This document shows positions 34,187 to 43,010 of a stretch of 59,632 bases of DNA, one piece after another. The notes under the pieces were generated by a model that saw only the letters and a list, made by a program, of their open reading frames with translations, searched no databases and was not told where the DNA came from. A program made the position numbers and the translations under genes. The number at the start of each line of letters is the position of its first letter. The stretch's first letter is position 1. Source of the DNA: a virus. The stretch lies in the IMG/VR virus record IMGVR_UViG_3300046501_000385, one strand, 5' to 3'.

Positions 34187-34263
34187 TGGTTGCCGAGGCT
34201 GGATTTGAACCAGCGACCTATAGGTTATGAGCCTAACGAGCTACCGGGCTGCTCTACTCGGCG
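34187..34263 (-). tRNA. Initiator-type tRNA-Met (anticodon CAU), 77 nt with encoded CCA
   Basis: The hand-folded cloverleaf has a C1-A72 mismatch, A11:U24, CUCAUAA loop, G30:C40 and G31:C39, UUCAAAU T-loop and a GCAACCA 3' end. It closely parallels E. coli tRNA-fMet. Confidence 0.85.
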
Positions 34264-34365
34264 TCAGTCGATAATGGTGAGAAGAAAGAGGGCTAGGATT
34301 TTTGTCAACGGGCATCGGCAACATTCACAGATGCCGGAGCGGGCACTCTTGCGCCCGTGCGTCCG

Positions 34366-34539
34366 TTACTTCGTGACCAGCTCACGGTCCGCCCCCGGTA
34401 GCGGGAGCAGCTTGATCTCTTGATCTGTGCTGACGTCGAAGGCGAGTTTAGCGCAACGGCCGCTCTTCTCCTTCAAGATGATTCTCCCGACGCCCGGGAT
34501 ATCGACTGCCTGTCCGATCTTAACCGTGAGATGGAGCAT
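34366..34539 (-). CDS. CsrA-like small protein (57 aa, below the ORF-track cutoff)
   Basis: Hand translation: MLHLTVKIGQAVDIPGVGRIILKEKSGRCAKLAFDVSTDQEIKLLPLPGADRELVTK. It follows the ML-LT-K-G...I...I...G...KL...I pattern of CsrA. GAGG lies 4 nt before the ATG, 7 nt after the scaffold stop. Confidence 0.4.
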   Translation of the reverse strand: MLHLTVKIGQAVDIPGVGRIILKEKSGRCAKLAFDVSTDQEIKLLPLPGADRELVTK

Positions 34540-34545
34540 TGTGCC

Positions 34546-35499
34546 TCACTGAGCCAGGTATTGTTCGCGCTTGGCTTCCGGCAAGGCGGCGAGCGCCTTC
34601 TCGTAACCAAGGGAATCGTTCTTCGACAACATGCGGTCGAGGTGCGCGAACTCGCCACCATCATCCGCATCCGTTGGATCAGAGGCAGGCACATGCGCCA
34701 GCGTCGGCGGCGGATCGTCCCGCTTCTTCGCTGGCTTCCCCGGATCGGCCTGTTTGCCCGTGGGTTTCCCTGCCGGATTCGGATCGGCCGGCTTGAACGC
34801 AGACGTGATCTCTCCGGCAATCTTGGCATGGGCCTTGGCAAGGATTTTCGGGTTGAGCGGATTTACCGACGTCGACTGAAGCTGGCGAACCTCGGCGTCC
34901 AGCGCGTCGCGTAGGTATTTCGACTTCGTGTACTCCGGATGCTCGCCCATGAAGCTGGCAACATCATCCTTCCACGTGTCGATCGCGGTGTCGCGTGCGA
35001 CTTCCGCCCTGATCTTGACGCTCTTCAGTTCGTCCGCCTGCTTATCGAGCGCCTTCATAGATGCGCGATACTCCCCACCGGTCAGCTCGCCGTCGTCGAA
35101 CTTCTCGGTAAGCGCGTCCTTCTGCGCCTCGATATCGTCGATCTTCGTCTGATGGTCCGCTGGCAAGATCCACCGCGGCGCCTGTTCCTCGGGCTCATCC
35201 TCGGCGATATCCTCGACCACTGGCGCTGCTGCAGCGGCGGCGGCTTCGGCTGCCTTCTGGTCCTGAGTTGCAACAGCCGCAGCCTCTGCGGCAGCGACAT
35301 CATCACCGTCGTCTTGGCCGTCTTCATCGCCCTCATCCTCACCTTCGCCGCCGGTGTCAGCACCATCGGCGGACGTCGTATCCTCGGCGCCATCATCACC
35401 GCCGTCTTCATCGCCCTCGCCCTCGTCGATCTCCTCGAGGAGGCCTTCGCGTTCTTCATCTGTAAGCAACGCCAGTTGCTCTGCACTCATCTTGTCCAT
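34546..35499 (-). CDS. Scaffolding protein
   Basis: 317 aa with an extremely acidic N-terminal third (GDEDGGDDG...) and then a coiled coil. It lies directly downstream of the portal gene. Confidence 0.6.
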   Translation of the reverse strand: MDKMSAEQLALLTDEEREGLLEEIDEGEGDEDGGDDGAEDTTSADGADTGGEGEDEGDEDGQDDGDDVAAAEAAAVATQDQKAAEAAAAAAAPVVEDIAEDEPEEQAPRWILPADHQTKIDDIEAQKDALTEKFDDGELTGGEYRASMKALDKQADELKSVKIRAEVARDTAIDTWKDDVASFMGEHPEYTKSKYLRDALDAEVRQLQSTSVNPLNPKILAKAHAKIAGEITSAFKPADPNPAGKPTGKQADPGKPAKKRDDPPPTLAHVPASDPTDADDGGEFAHLDRMLSKNDSLGYEKALAALPEAKREQYLAQ

Positions 35500-35512
35500 T
35501 TCGCCCTCGTCG

Positions 35513-37798
35513 TTAACCCAGCCCTATCGGAGCTGGCCTGTTGTCCGCCGGTGCGGCTGCTCCGGGCGGTATCTGTGGTTGCTGCTGTTGCTGTGCCTGC
35601 TGGGCTGCCGCCTGTTGCTGAGCGGCGACGGCCAGTTGCTTGAGATTGTTCTCCTGCTCGGTGCGGGAGACGAATCCGGCCTCGTGCAGGAGATGATCGG
35701 CCACGTCGGCGAGCGCCGGCGCGATCGCCACCTTGCCAGCAGCATCGAGCGCAGTGCTCTGCGTCGTGATGTTGGTGGATGCCACCTTCGCGCCGATCTC
35801 CTCGGCTTGCGCCTTGCTTTTCGCCGCATCGGCCTCGGCCTTGGCTGCATCGGCCACCATCTTGCGCAGCTGCGCCATGACCGTCTGCATCTGCAGTTCC
35901 GCCTGCTGGGCCTTCGCCTGGTTCTGCGCCTGCATCTCCGGACTGTCTTCCTCAGCATCGGGGTCCTGCATGCCGGTGACCTGCCGAATCCGCTTCACGA
36001 TCTCGTCGCCATTCGGGATGTCCATCGACTCGACGAGGAGATCGAGCGTGACGATCGCCGCCTGGGGGGCGACGGGAGCAAGCTTCGCCATCAGCTCCAG
36101 CAGCTTGTCCACCTGCGCCTGACGGACGCTCGCGCGCCAATCCTCTTCGGAAATGACATAGTCCGCCTTGGTGCGGATGATGTCGTTCTCCGGCAGGCCA
36201 TCGTTGATGCCGATGTATTCCGGCGAGCCGCGCTTGTTCGTGATGCGGAATTGCTTCTTCTGATCCATGAACTGCTCGGTCAGAGAGAGCTTCTTCTCGC
36301 CGCGGACCTGCTGGGCAAGCCGATGATTGTCGAATAGGCCCGACGTTGCCAACGCGCCCTGTGACTGCCGCGCCTCGATGGCAACACCAGAAACCGCGTT
36401 GGTAGACCGGCCAAGGTTCTCGTCCGTGACCCCGCCGACCTGCTGGAGCATCTGAATGTTGCGAGACATCAGCTCAAGGTGCCATTGCGACAGGTCGCGA
36501 TCGACGTCGAGCTTGAGATCCTTGCCAGACTTCTTGACGATGATGGCGTCCGGCCGCGCGACCTCTTCGGCGAACTCGTCGAGATCCTCGACGGCGCCAT
36601 CATCCATGATAACCTTGTTCGACGACAGGATCGCCAAGGCCTTGCTGGCGCGCTTGTTGATGTCCGCCTGGATGTCGCGGACGTTGCGCACCAGACCGTA
36701 GGGCATGCCGTCACGGCCACGACGCTTGTACCAGATGGGCGTGAACGGGAACTTGTTGTGGCGATACGGCGACGGCGAGAGCCAGAGCAGTCCGGCTGAC
36801 GTGAACAACGCGACATAGGTGCGCATCGCCACTTTCTTGACCACTTCGGCCTCGCCGTTCTCGACGTCCTCGGTGTGCCCGGGCGAATACTCGTCGAAGA
36901 GCTCACCGGCAAAGACGCCGCCGCGCATTTTCTCAACTTCGGCCGGCATGCGGAACCAGAGCTCGAAAATGCGTGTGCGCTGCCGGCGATAGCCCGTCAC
37001 CTGGTCACTGGTGTAGCCGCTCTCGCCCTTGCCTTGGCTTTCGAGCTCGAGCTGATCCATAGGCAAATCGCCATAGGCATCGAGCATGGCGAAGTTGTCG
37101 GCCTCGTCGACCGAACGTCGCAAGAGCGCCTTGCGCTTCGAAAAGGTGGCGCAGGCAACATCGAGGTCGACCCACTTCGAGCGGCCGACATAGCGACCGT
37201 CCTCGATGTCGAGCCGGGTTGCCGTGCTGTCCCACAGCATGTTGCGCCAGTTCTCGTAACGGGAATAGATCGGCTCACCTTCCTCGTCGCCCTGCCAGCC
37301 GTCTTCCATCCAGCCGATGCCAACCTTGGCGGCGTCGCCGAACGCTCGGCTAACCTCGAATGGCTCCCGGTTGGCGTCCGAGAGGTACTTCAGCAGCTCG
37401 GTCTTTCGCTCGGCCGGCTTGCCGTCTTCCTTCCGTCGCGGCAGGACCTTGAAATCAGTCCTGTTGTTCTTCTCAGTGCCAATGACCCAATCAACCGTGG
37501 TGGCGGTGACGTTGAAGACGAGCGGCATCTGCCCGCGATCGCGCAGCGTTTGTGCGTCGGCCTCGTCCCACTGAATGCTGTCGTAGAAATCCTCGTCTAT
37601 CGCCTGATCTCGGCGATTGGCTGCTTGGCGATCGAGCTCGCGCTGCCAGATATCGAGCAGGCGGAGATGCAGCCGCTGCATCGGGCCGCTGTCGAGCCTG
37701 TTGCCCGCAATCTGCCGCATCGGCGCTGGTGTGTCCGGTATGGGGGACTTGTATTTCTTTTTTCGGACGGAGCCGTCCTCCGCCGCGAGATCAAACAT
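35513..37798 (-). CDS. Portal protein
   Basis: 761 aa. DEDFYDSIQWDEADAQTLRDRGQMPLVFNV is a classic portal N-region pattern. It sits between terminase and scaffold. Confidence 0.8.
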   Translation of the reverse strand: MFDLAAEDGSVRKKKYKSPIPDTPAPMRQIAGNRLDSGPMQRLHLRLLDIWQRELDRQAANRRDQAIDEDFYDSIQWDEADAQTLRDRGQMPLVFNVTATTVDWVIGTEKNNRTDFKVLPRRKEDGKPAERKTELLKYLSDANREPFEVSRAFGDAAKVGIGWMEDGWQGDEEGEPIYSRYENWRNMLWDSTATRLDIEDGRYVGRSKWVDLDVACATFSKRKALLRRSVDEADNFAMLDAYGDLPMDQLELESQGKGESGYTSDQVTGYRRQRTRIFELWFRMPAEVEKMRGGVFAGELFDEYSPGHTEDVENGEAEVVKKVAMRTYVALFTSAGLLWLSPSPYRHNKFPFTPIWYKRRGRDGMPYGLVRNVRDIQADINKRASKALAILSSNKVIMDDGAVEDLDEFAEEVARPDAIIVKKSGKDLKLDVDRDLSQWHLELMSRNIQMLQQVGGVTDENLGRSTNAVSGVAIEARQSQGALATSGLFDNHRLAQQVRGEKKLSLTEQFMDQKKQFRITNKRGSPEYIGINDGLPENDIIRTKADYVISEEDWRASVRQAQVDKLLELMAKLAPVAPQAAIVTLDLLVESMDIPNGDEIVKRIRQVTGMQDPDAEEDSPEMQAQNQAKAQQAELQMQTVMAQLRKMVADAAKAEADAAKSKAQAEEIGAKVASTNITTQSTALDAAGKVAIAPALADVADHLLHEAGFVSRTEQENNLKQLAVAAQQQAAAQQAQQQQQPQIPPGAAAPADNRPAPIGLG

Positions 37799-38219
37799 CT
37801 CTCATCTCCGTCTCCACAGTCCTGCCGGTGCTGTGGTTGATCATGGTTGCTTCCGCGACCACGGGCGTTGTGTCTGGCTGGTACGGGGGGATGGACAGGA
37901 GCTCGCCGAGCATGTCGTTGATGAACGACGCGATGAAGATCAGCGTGCGTCTGTCATGCGCGGAAAGTCTGAGGCAGTTGGCGAACTGGAACGCAGTGCG
38001 TGCGGCTTCCGCTGGATCGCCGATTTCTTCAGACCAGATCCATGCGCGGTCTTGCGTGACCACACACGGTATCAGCCCGTCCTCCAATTCGCTGCCCGCT
38101 CGAATTAGGACCATGCAGGGCCGGAAAGAGCCATCCAGCCGCAACCATGTTCCAATAGCGGTAATTGGCCCTCGGGTTTTTGTCCACTGCCTACGATTTA
38201 GGTCTAGGTCGGGTGTCAA
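37791..38219 (-). CDS. Hypothetical protein between terminase and portal
   Basis: 142 aa from a TTG start with an aggagg SD at 6-nt spacing. It overlaps the portal start. Confidence 0.45.
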   Translation of the reverse strand: MTPDLDLNRRQWTKTRGPITAIGTWLRLDGSFRPCMVLIRAGSELEDGLIPCVVTQDRAWIWSEEIGDPAEAARTAFQFANCLRLSAHDRRTLIFIASFINDMLGELLSIPPYQPDTTPVVAEATMINHSTGRTVETEMRDV

Positions 38220-38223
38220 GGTT

Positions 38224-38245
38224 GTCCTCCTGAAAGATGGAGGAC
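38224..38245 (-). promoter_or_regulatory. Hairpin sequestering the SD of the 37791..38219 gene
   Basis: gtcctcc-N8-ggaggac. On the mRNA the AGGAGG SD is the 3' arm of the 7-bp stem. Confidence 0.35.
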
Positions 38246-38279
38246 GTCTTGCCCAAGGGTGAAAACTGCTGTGATGGCC

Positions 38280-39827
38280 TCATGCCGCCATTCCTGATCT
38301 GTTGCCGCGACGTGCACGGGTTCTAGCGCCGCCAGTGACTGCAAGGCGGCGCACCTCGTCGCGGGCCTGCGCTTTCTGGCGCAGCGCGTCGGCTGCGTGC
38401 TGGTGACCGTTGTTGTGAGGCCGGTCAGACCAGACGCCCATATTCTCGTTCCAAGCCTTGCGGTAGTTTTCGAGATGGATGATGCCGGGGGCGCATTTCA
38501 CCTCGTCGAAGTAGTACGTCGAGAAGTCGTCGCGCAGCTGCTGGATGCCAACGTTCACGAGATCGGGCGTCCGATCGACGATCTCAATGTTTTTCAGCCC
38601 GAGACCTTCGAGCATATCCTTCGGCGTCTGGATCATCACAGCGCCCGGGCGCCGCTGATTGCCGTCATGCGGCAGGTAGTGATGCCCGAAGACATACCCA
38701 CGCTTGTCGAACTCGCGCACGATGAACGAATACGGCTCGCCGCTGCACTCGAAGTAGTCGATGAAATGATCTGCCATGCCAACGGCCTGATGAAACCAGA
38801 TGGCGATGTCGTCGTTCACGCCAAGGTCCCAAAAGGTGTTGACCGGGATGCTCGGCATGTAGGGAACTTTGGTAATGCGCCCATCGAGGCGGCAGCGCTC
38901 CAGCTGCTTGGCGAGGTATACGCCTTCAGTCGAGACCTTGAACGCCTCTTCGAGCGTCGTCGGGTACTCCGACCACATCTTCTCGTCTTCGTCGGCGAAG
39001 GTGTTGCGGCGCGTCGCCACGTACCAGGCGCGCTTGCGTGCTGACAGCGGGCGGCCAATCTCCCGCTCCATGCGGTCGAAGTAGTCGTGATCCTTCTTGC
39101 TGATCACGGTCGTGTTGGGATCTTCCTCATACTCCTCGGCGTCCCACCACGACGCGAAGTGCAGCCGGTATTCCTTCTTCGACAGCTTTTTGCGGAGATC
39201 GGCGTTGTTCTTCGCCTCGGTGACCATCTTGTAGTAGGCGCCATCCCTGCCCTTGGCAGTCGACTCGATGAAGATGATGCCCTGCTCGGCGGCCGGCAAC
39301 GCGCCCGTGACGATCTCGTCAGCCTTCAACGGCGACTGGTAGCAGATGATGCCGAACTCGGAGACGTGCAGCCAATTGAGCGTGGTACCGCGCGCAGACG
39401 TCGAAACCGAGATCGACGAGCCGTTCGCGAACACCTTCTCCTTCACGTTGTCGGTCTTGATCGGGATCATCGCCCGAATCGGCGGCGGGAGCTTGTCATA
39501 GGCGAACTCGATCTTGTCGCGCATGATCTTCGTCGCGGTGTCCTGATCCTGGGCGATGATGGCGCCGGTCTGGTTTTCATTCCAAAGGCAGGCATCGAGG
39601 ATCATGATCTGGATCAGCGTCGAGAAGCCACGCTGGCGAGCCTTCGGCACGATATTTCGGTACCAGAGGTTTTGAATAAGGCGTTCCTGCACCTCATTCG
39701 GCACGAACAGGACCGTGTTCTTGTCCTTGTCGAGGATGTAGTAGAGGTTCCGGATGCGCCAATGCGGATCCCTGAGCTTCTCTTTGAGCTCGTCCTCCGT
39801 AATGCCCGCAAGATGTTTATACAGCAT
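38280..39827 (-). CDS. terL: Terminase large subunit
   Basis: KARQRGFSTLIQIMILD (Walker A-like region), WLHVSEFG and the nuclease-half pattern. The alternative GTG start at 39851 lacks an SD. Confidence 0.8.
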   Translation of the reverse strand: MLYKHLAGITEDELKEKLRDPHWRIRNLYYILDKDKNTVLFVPNEVQERLIQNLWYRNIVPKARQRGFSTLIQIMILDACLWNENQTGAIIAQDQDTATKIMRDKIEFAYDKLPPPIRAMIPIKTDNVKEKVFANGSSISVSTSARGTTLNWLHVSEFGIICYQSPLKADEIVTGALPAAEQGIIFIESTAKGRDGAYYKMVTEAKNNADLRKKLSKKEYRLHFASWWDAEEYEEDPNTTVISKKDHDYFDRMEREIGRPLSARKRAWYVATRRNTFADEDEKMWSEYPTTLEEAFKVSTEGVYLAKQLERCRLDGRITKVPYMPSIPVNTFWDLGVNDDIAIWFHQAVGMADHFIDYFECSGEPYSFIVREFDKRGYVFGHHYLPHDGNQRRPGAVMIQTPKDMLEGLGLKNIEIVDRTPDLVNVGIQQLRDDFSTYYFDEVKCAPGIIHLENYRKAWNENMGVWSDRPHNNGHQHAADALRQKAQARDEVRRLAVTGGARTRARRGNRSGMAA

Positions 39828-40722
39828 CCGTCGTGTCCTGCTCGTCGTCACGCGGAGCGAAAGCAGTGTTTCGCGGTGCGTCCGAAGATGCAGGACCGTC
39901 TTGGTCCTTGGGGGTGAAAGCGTTGCCGCTAATGTCCTTCAGCCAGGAGCCGAGCGCGCTGTCCTCTTCTACATCATGTTTGATGTGTTTGGTATCCCGC
40001 CAGATGCCGGGCCTGCGGTTCTGAAGCCAGAACATCGCGGCCTTGGTATCGGGCGGCACGTGCTCGATCGTCTCGACGCGCTGCAGCTCCTTGTCGACGA
40101 CAACGATCTTCTCGGAATCAAACGTGTAACCGACGGCGCGTCGATAGAGGGATTCCTCAACCTTCTTGTCGGCCTCGTCTTTGCCCATCTCCAGCGCTTC
40201 GCGAAACTCGGGATGCTCGACCTTCCAGCGATGGATGGTGCGCAGCGCTACGCCGAAGAACTGCGAAATCTCCAGATCGGTGGCGCCAAGCTTAGCGAGG
40301 AGCTTCGCCTGCTCAGCGAACTTCTCCTCGTAAGCCGTTGGCCTTCCACCCGCATCTCCGCTGACATCGAAAGCCCGATCGAACTTCCAGTGCTCGATGC
40401 GCCACAACACCAGCGTCTCGATGTCGATGCCCAGCGCAACGGCAACCTCATCCTCGGTCTTGCCGGCACGGCTCATGATGTGAGCGAGGCCGCAAAACCG
40501 CTCCTGATATTCCACCGGCTCCACCGAAGTTGCATTCTTCGCAACTTCCTTCGCGGCCTTCGTCACCCTCGCCTTCCGCGTCACCTTCGGAGCGCTCTCC
40601 CCCTTGCCAGCCACGGGTTTCGCCGCTTTGGCCTTCCCGCCCTGCGAAACCGGCTTGTCCTTTAGGGGTGACAAAACCTTCTCGGGCTGCTTCGCCGGGG
40701 TTTTCGTCTTCCTGCCTGCCAT
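39817..40722 (-). CDS. terS: Terminase small subunit
   Basis: TDLEISQFFGVALRTIHRWKVEHPEFREALEMGKDEADKKVEESLYRRAVGY...PPDTKAAMFWLQNRRPGIWRD is the typical TerS HTH and core pattern. Confidence 0.75.
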   Translation of the reverse strand: MAGRKTKTPAKQPEKVLSPLKDKPVSQGGKAKAAKPVAGKGESAPKVTRKARVTKAAKEVAKNATSVEPVEYQERFCGLAHIMSRAGKTEDEVAVALGIDIETLVLWRIEHWKFDRAFDVSGDAGGRPTAYEEKFAEQAKLLAKLGATDLEISQFFGVALRTIHRWKVEHPEFREALEMGKDEADKKVEESLYRRAVGYTFDSEKIVVVDKELQRVETIEHVPPDTKAAMFWLQNRRPGIWRDTKHIKHDVEEDSALGSWLKDISGNAFTPKDQDGPASSDAPRNTAFAPRDDEQDTTDAV

Positions 40723-40934
40723 CAACGCTCCCCGATCTCGTCCATCCGCGCCGACACAATGCGTGCAATCGCCTCCTGTTCGGCGTCAGGCATGTGCAGG
40801 AACGACTGATGCGCATCGTCGCGAAACTTCGACCAGGCAACGTCGCTCAGCGGTCCAGCCTCTTTCTCGAGCTCATGCCGGTCGATGCTTTGCATCACGG
40901 CGACGATGTTGCGGAGTGTGCCAGCGGTGATCAT
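40722..40934 (-). CDS. Hypothetical protein
   Basis: 70 aa, coupled to its neighbours by start/stop overlaps. Confidence 0.5.
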   Translation of the reverse strand: MITAGTLRNIVAVMQSIDRHELEKEAGPLSDVAWSKFRDDAHQSFLHMPDAEQEAIARIVSARMDEIGER

Positions 40935-41263
40935 TTGGCAACTCCATGCGCCACAAGCACCTCACGTGCCTTTCTGAAATCGCCCACGGTTAGCTCCTGC
41001 GACGGGCTCAGATATCCACGACGGCGCTCGTTCTCCCAGTCGGGGTGAATGCGATCAGCTTCCTCTGCGAACGGCTTCAGGGCAGCGCTGAGGGCTTCGT
41101 TCTCGACATAAGCGCCGCAACGAGCCTGAAGGACGCGGAAGAGATCATCGAGCTGGTAGCCGAGGCCATAGCCGGCGCCTAACATTTTCCTGACCTTTAT
41201 TGTGAACTCGTGGCACTGCTGGAGATAACCGGCCTCGTCCATCTTGTCGGTGACTTCGCTCAT
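40931..41263 (-). CDS. Hypothetical protein
   Basis: 110 aa, ATGA overlaps on both sides. Confidence 0.5.
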   Translation of the reverse strand: MSEVTDKMDEAGYLQQCHEFTIKVRKMLGAGYGLGYQLDDLFRVLQARCGAYVENEALSAALKPFAEEADRIHPDWENERRRGYLSPSQELTVGDFRKAREVLVAHGVAK

Positions 41264-41685
41264 CGTGGTTCAGCTCCATCCGCGGAGAGAGTGACGCGCG
41301 CAATACGCTGAAAATCGCGTGCAGCTTCGCGCCACGTCCCGTCATTCATAAGCGACCATGACGAACCGGTTGGGTGGGCGTCTCGGATCTCCTCCAACGC
41401 CGCCGCTAGCTTTTCGCATGTGGCTTCTGCCTTCTCGGCGCGCCCGCATACGGCGTTGAAACGTGGCGTTCCGTTGTCACGGATGAGCTTCCCAAGCTTC
41501 TCGACTTCCGCTTCCGCCTTCTCGGCTCTGGATAGGAGGGATTCGAGGCAATCGTACAAAGCATTCGGCTTAATGTCTTGGCTCGGATTTCCCCTGACGA
41601 GAAGTTCCTGAACATCGGAAGGTATGCCAGCTTCGGCCAGAACGACCAGTGCCGCGACAAAATCGTCTACAGTGACCTCGGTCAT
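41260..41685 (-). CDS. Hypothetical protein
   Basis: 141 aa, SD ggagggg, ATGA overlap. Confidence 0.5.
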   Translation of the reverse strand: MTEVTVDDFVAALVVLAEAGIPSDVQELLVRGNPSQDIKPNALYDCLESLLSRAEKAEAEVEKLGKLIRDNGTPRFNAVCGRAEKAEATCEKLAAALEEIRDAHPTGSSWSLMNDGTWREAARDFQRIARVTLSADGAEPR

Positions 41686-42320
41686 CTCGCCCCTCCCCGT
41701 TTCTGCCGCTGCCCACGCAACAACGCATCCAGATCAGCACGGCCCTGCGGCCGCCCTTTCAGAGCTTCAATCAGTTTGACGTTTCCAGTGAGCGCTTCGA
41801 TGGGAATCGGAGGCGAGGCAGAGACGGACATCGCCCGCTTCTCCGGCTGCGTGGTATCCTCATCCACCACAGGGTTAATATTATTTATATATGGCTCTGG
41901 TACTGGTATTACAGAGCTATTGCTTTGCATTTGCTCCGGGTTTCCGCTGATTTTGTTGCGGAATTTGGCGTTGTCGCCGTCATCTCGCTTTGGTTTCGTC
42001 GCGACTTCGGCGCGTTTTCGCGAGATTTTCAGCGAGTTTTCTATTTCCGTTTCCGCTCGGTGATTGCTGATCTTCCCCTGCACATTGATAAAAATCTTCC
42101 GCATGGAGAGCAGCTCCTCTAGGAGCACGCGGACCTTCCGAAGGGAGCAATTTAGCTCACCGGCAAGCCAGCGCTCGTTGTTTTCGATGGGGCCGCCCTC
42201 GTCGTAGATTAAGTCGAGGATCGTCGTGTATGCGCCGCGCTGCTCCAGCGTGAGCCTACGGTATCCTTGGAGGGCGTCGCCGTGATAGCGGCGATGGTAG
42301 GGCATGGTTCTGCGGCTCAT
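41682..42320 (-). CDS. DUF1376 (YdaU-like) protein, candidate replication-module protein
   Basis: ATG 42320 with caggagg SD. YHRRYHGDALQGYRRLTLEQRGAYTTILDLIYDEGGPI matches the DUF1376 N-domain pattern. Confidence 0.6.
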   Translation of the reverse strand: MSRRTMPYHRRYHGDALQGYRRLTLEQRGAYTTILDLIYDEGGPIENNERWLAGELNCSLRKVRVLLEELLSMRKIFINVQGKISNHRAETEIENSLKISRKRAEVATKPKRDDGDNAKFRNKISGNPEQMQSNSSVIPVPEPYINNINPVVDEDTTQPEKRAMSVSASPPIPIEALTGNVKLIEALKGRPQGRADLDALLRGQRQKRGGAR

Positions 42321-43009
42321 GCTGCCTCCTGATGAAATTGTCTGACGGCGTAGTCGCCCCATTGATCGGCCATCGCCTGCGCAATGCCTGGGAAAAACCG
42401 CGACCGTTCTTTCGCTCTCACTTCACCATGCCGGCCCCATCCAGAATGACGATGCACTCGGGCTTGGCGTCCATTGACGATGTTCGTAGACTGAAGGGCT
42501 GGGAGGTTTCGAAGCCACAAGCAAGTTCGCTTCACTTCGGGATGGCCGAATTGCCAAGGCTGGACGCTCTGTGCGAACTCTTCGTAGTTCTGGATACGCT
42601 CTTTGGCGTGTTTGTGCATGACCGGGTTTTCGATGCAGACGCGATCGACCGGAGCATTCCAGAAGGTAGAGAACAGGGCGGCGCCCTCGTCCAGTTCGGC
42701 CCACATGTCTTCGACAGTGCGGCGTGGGGGCGGAACAGAGAGCCACCGCACGCCGCTGTTGCAAAGCCTTGTGCATGGCGGGTGCGCTACGACGAGCAGA
42801 TCCCATCCATCATTCAGATAGTCTCTGGCATCACCGCGGATATGTCGGTTGCTGCCGTTCTCGGCCGGCAAGAGATCGCAGGACCACGCATCATGGCCTC
42901 GATCGAGGAAGGCATTGCGGACGGTGCCTGAGAACTCGCAAGCGACCAGAACGCGGAGCGAATGGGTAGGGCTCCGCGTCCTAATGGGAAACGCAAAGGA
43001 TGACTGCAT
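42317..43009 (-). CDS. Compact C5-cytosine DNA methyltransferase-like protein
   Basis: ACEFSGTVRNAF (motif I-like), VVAHPPCTRLCNSG (PC motif IV-like), CIENPV (ENV motif VI-like), FFPGIAQAMADQW (motif X-like). Confidence 0.5.
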   Translation of the reverse strand: MQSSFAFPIRTRSPTHSLRVLVACEFSGTVRNAFLDRGHDAWSCDLLPAENGSNRHIRGDARDYLNDGWDLLVVAHPPCTRLCNSGVRWLSVPPPRRTVEDMWAELDEGAALFSTFWNAPVDRVCIENPVMHKHAKERIQNYEEFAQSVQPWQFGHPEVKRTCLWLRNLPALQSTNIVNGRQARVHRHSGWGRHGEVRAKERSRFFPGIAQAMADQWGDYAVRQFHQEAA

Positions 43010-43010
43010 C

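Noticed and set aside
34187-34263. The tRNA as an attP remnant or integration-site fragment
   Set aside because: It is a complete 77-nt cloverleaf including the 5' acceptor strand and CCA. It lies 24 kb from int and is embedded in an operon. An attP normally retains only a tRNA 3' segment adjacent to int.
35230-35460. Repetitive GAT/GAC/GGC-rich DNA in the scaffold gene, and CAG runs at 13355..13400, considered as tandem repeats or CRISPR-like arrays
   Set aside because: They encode acidic (GDEDG...) and Gln-rich low-complexity protein segments in frame. There is no regular repeat-spacer periodicity.
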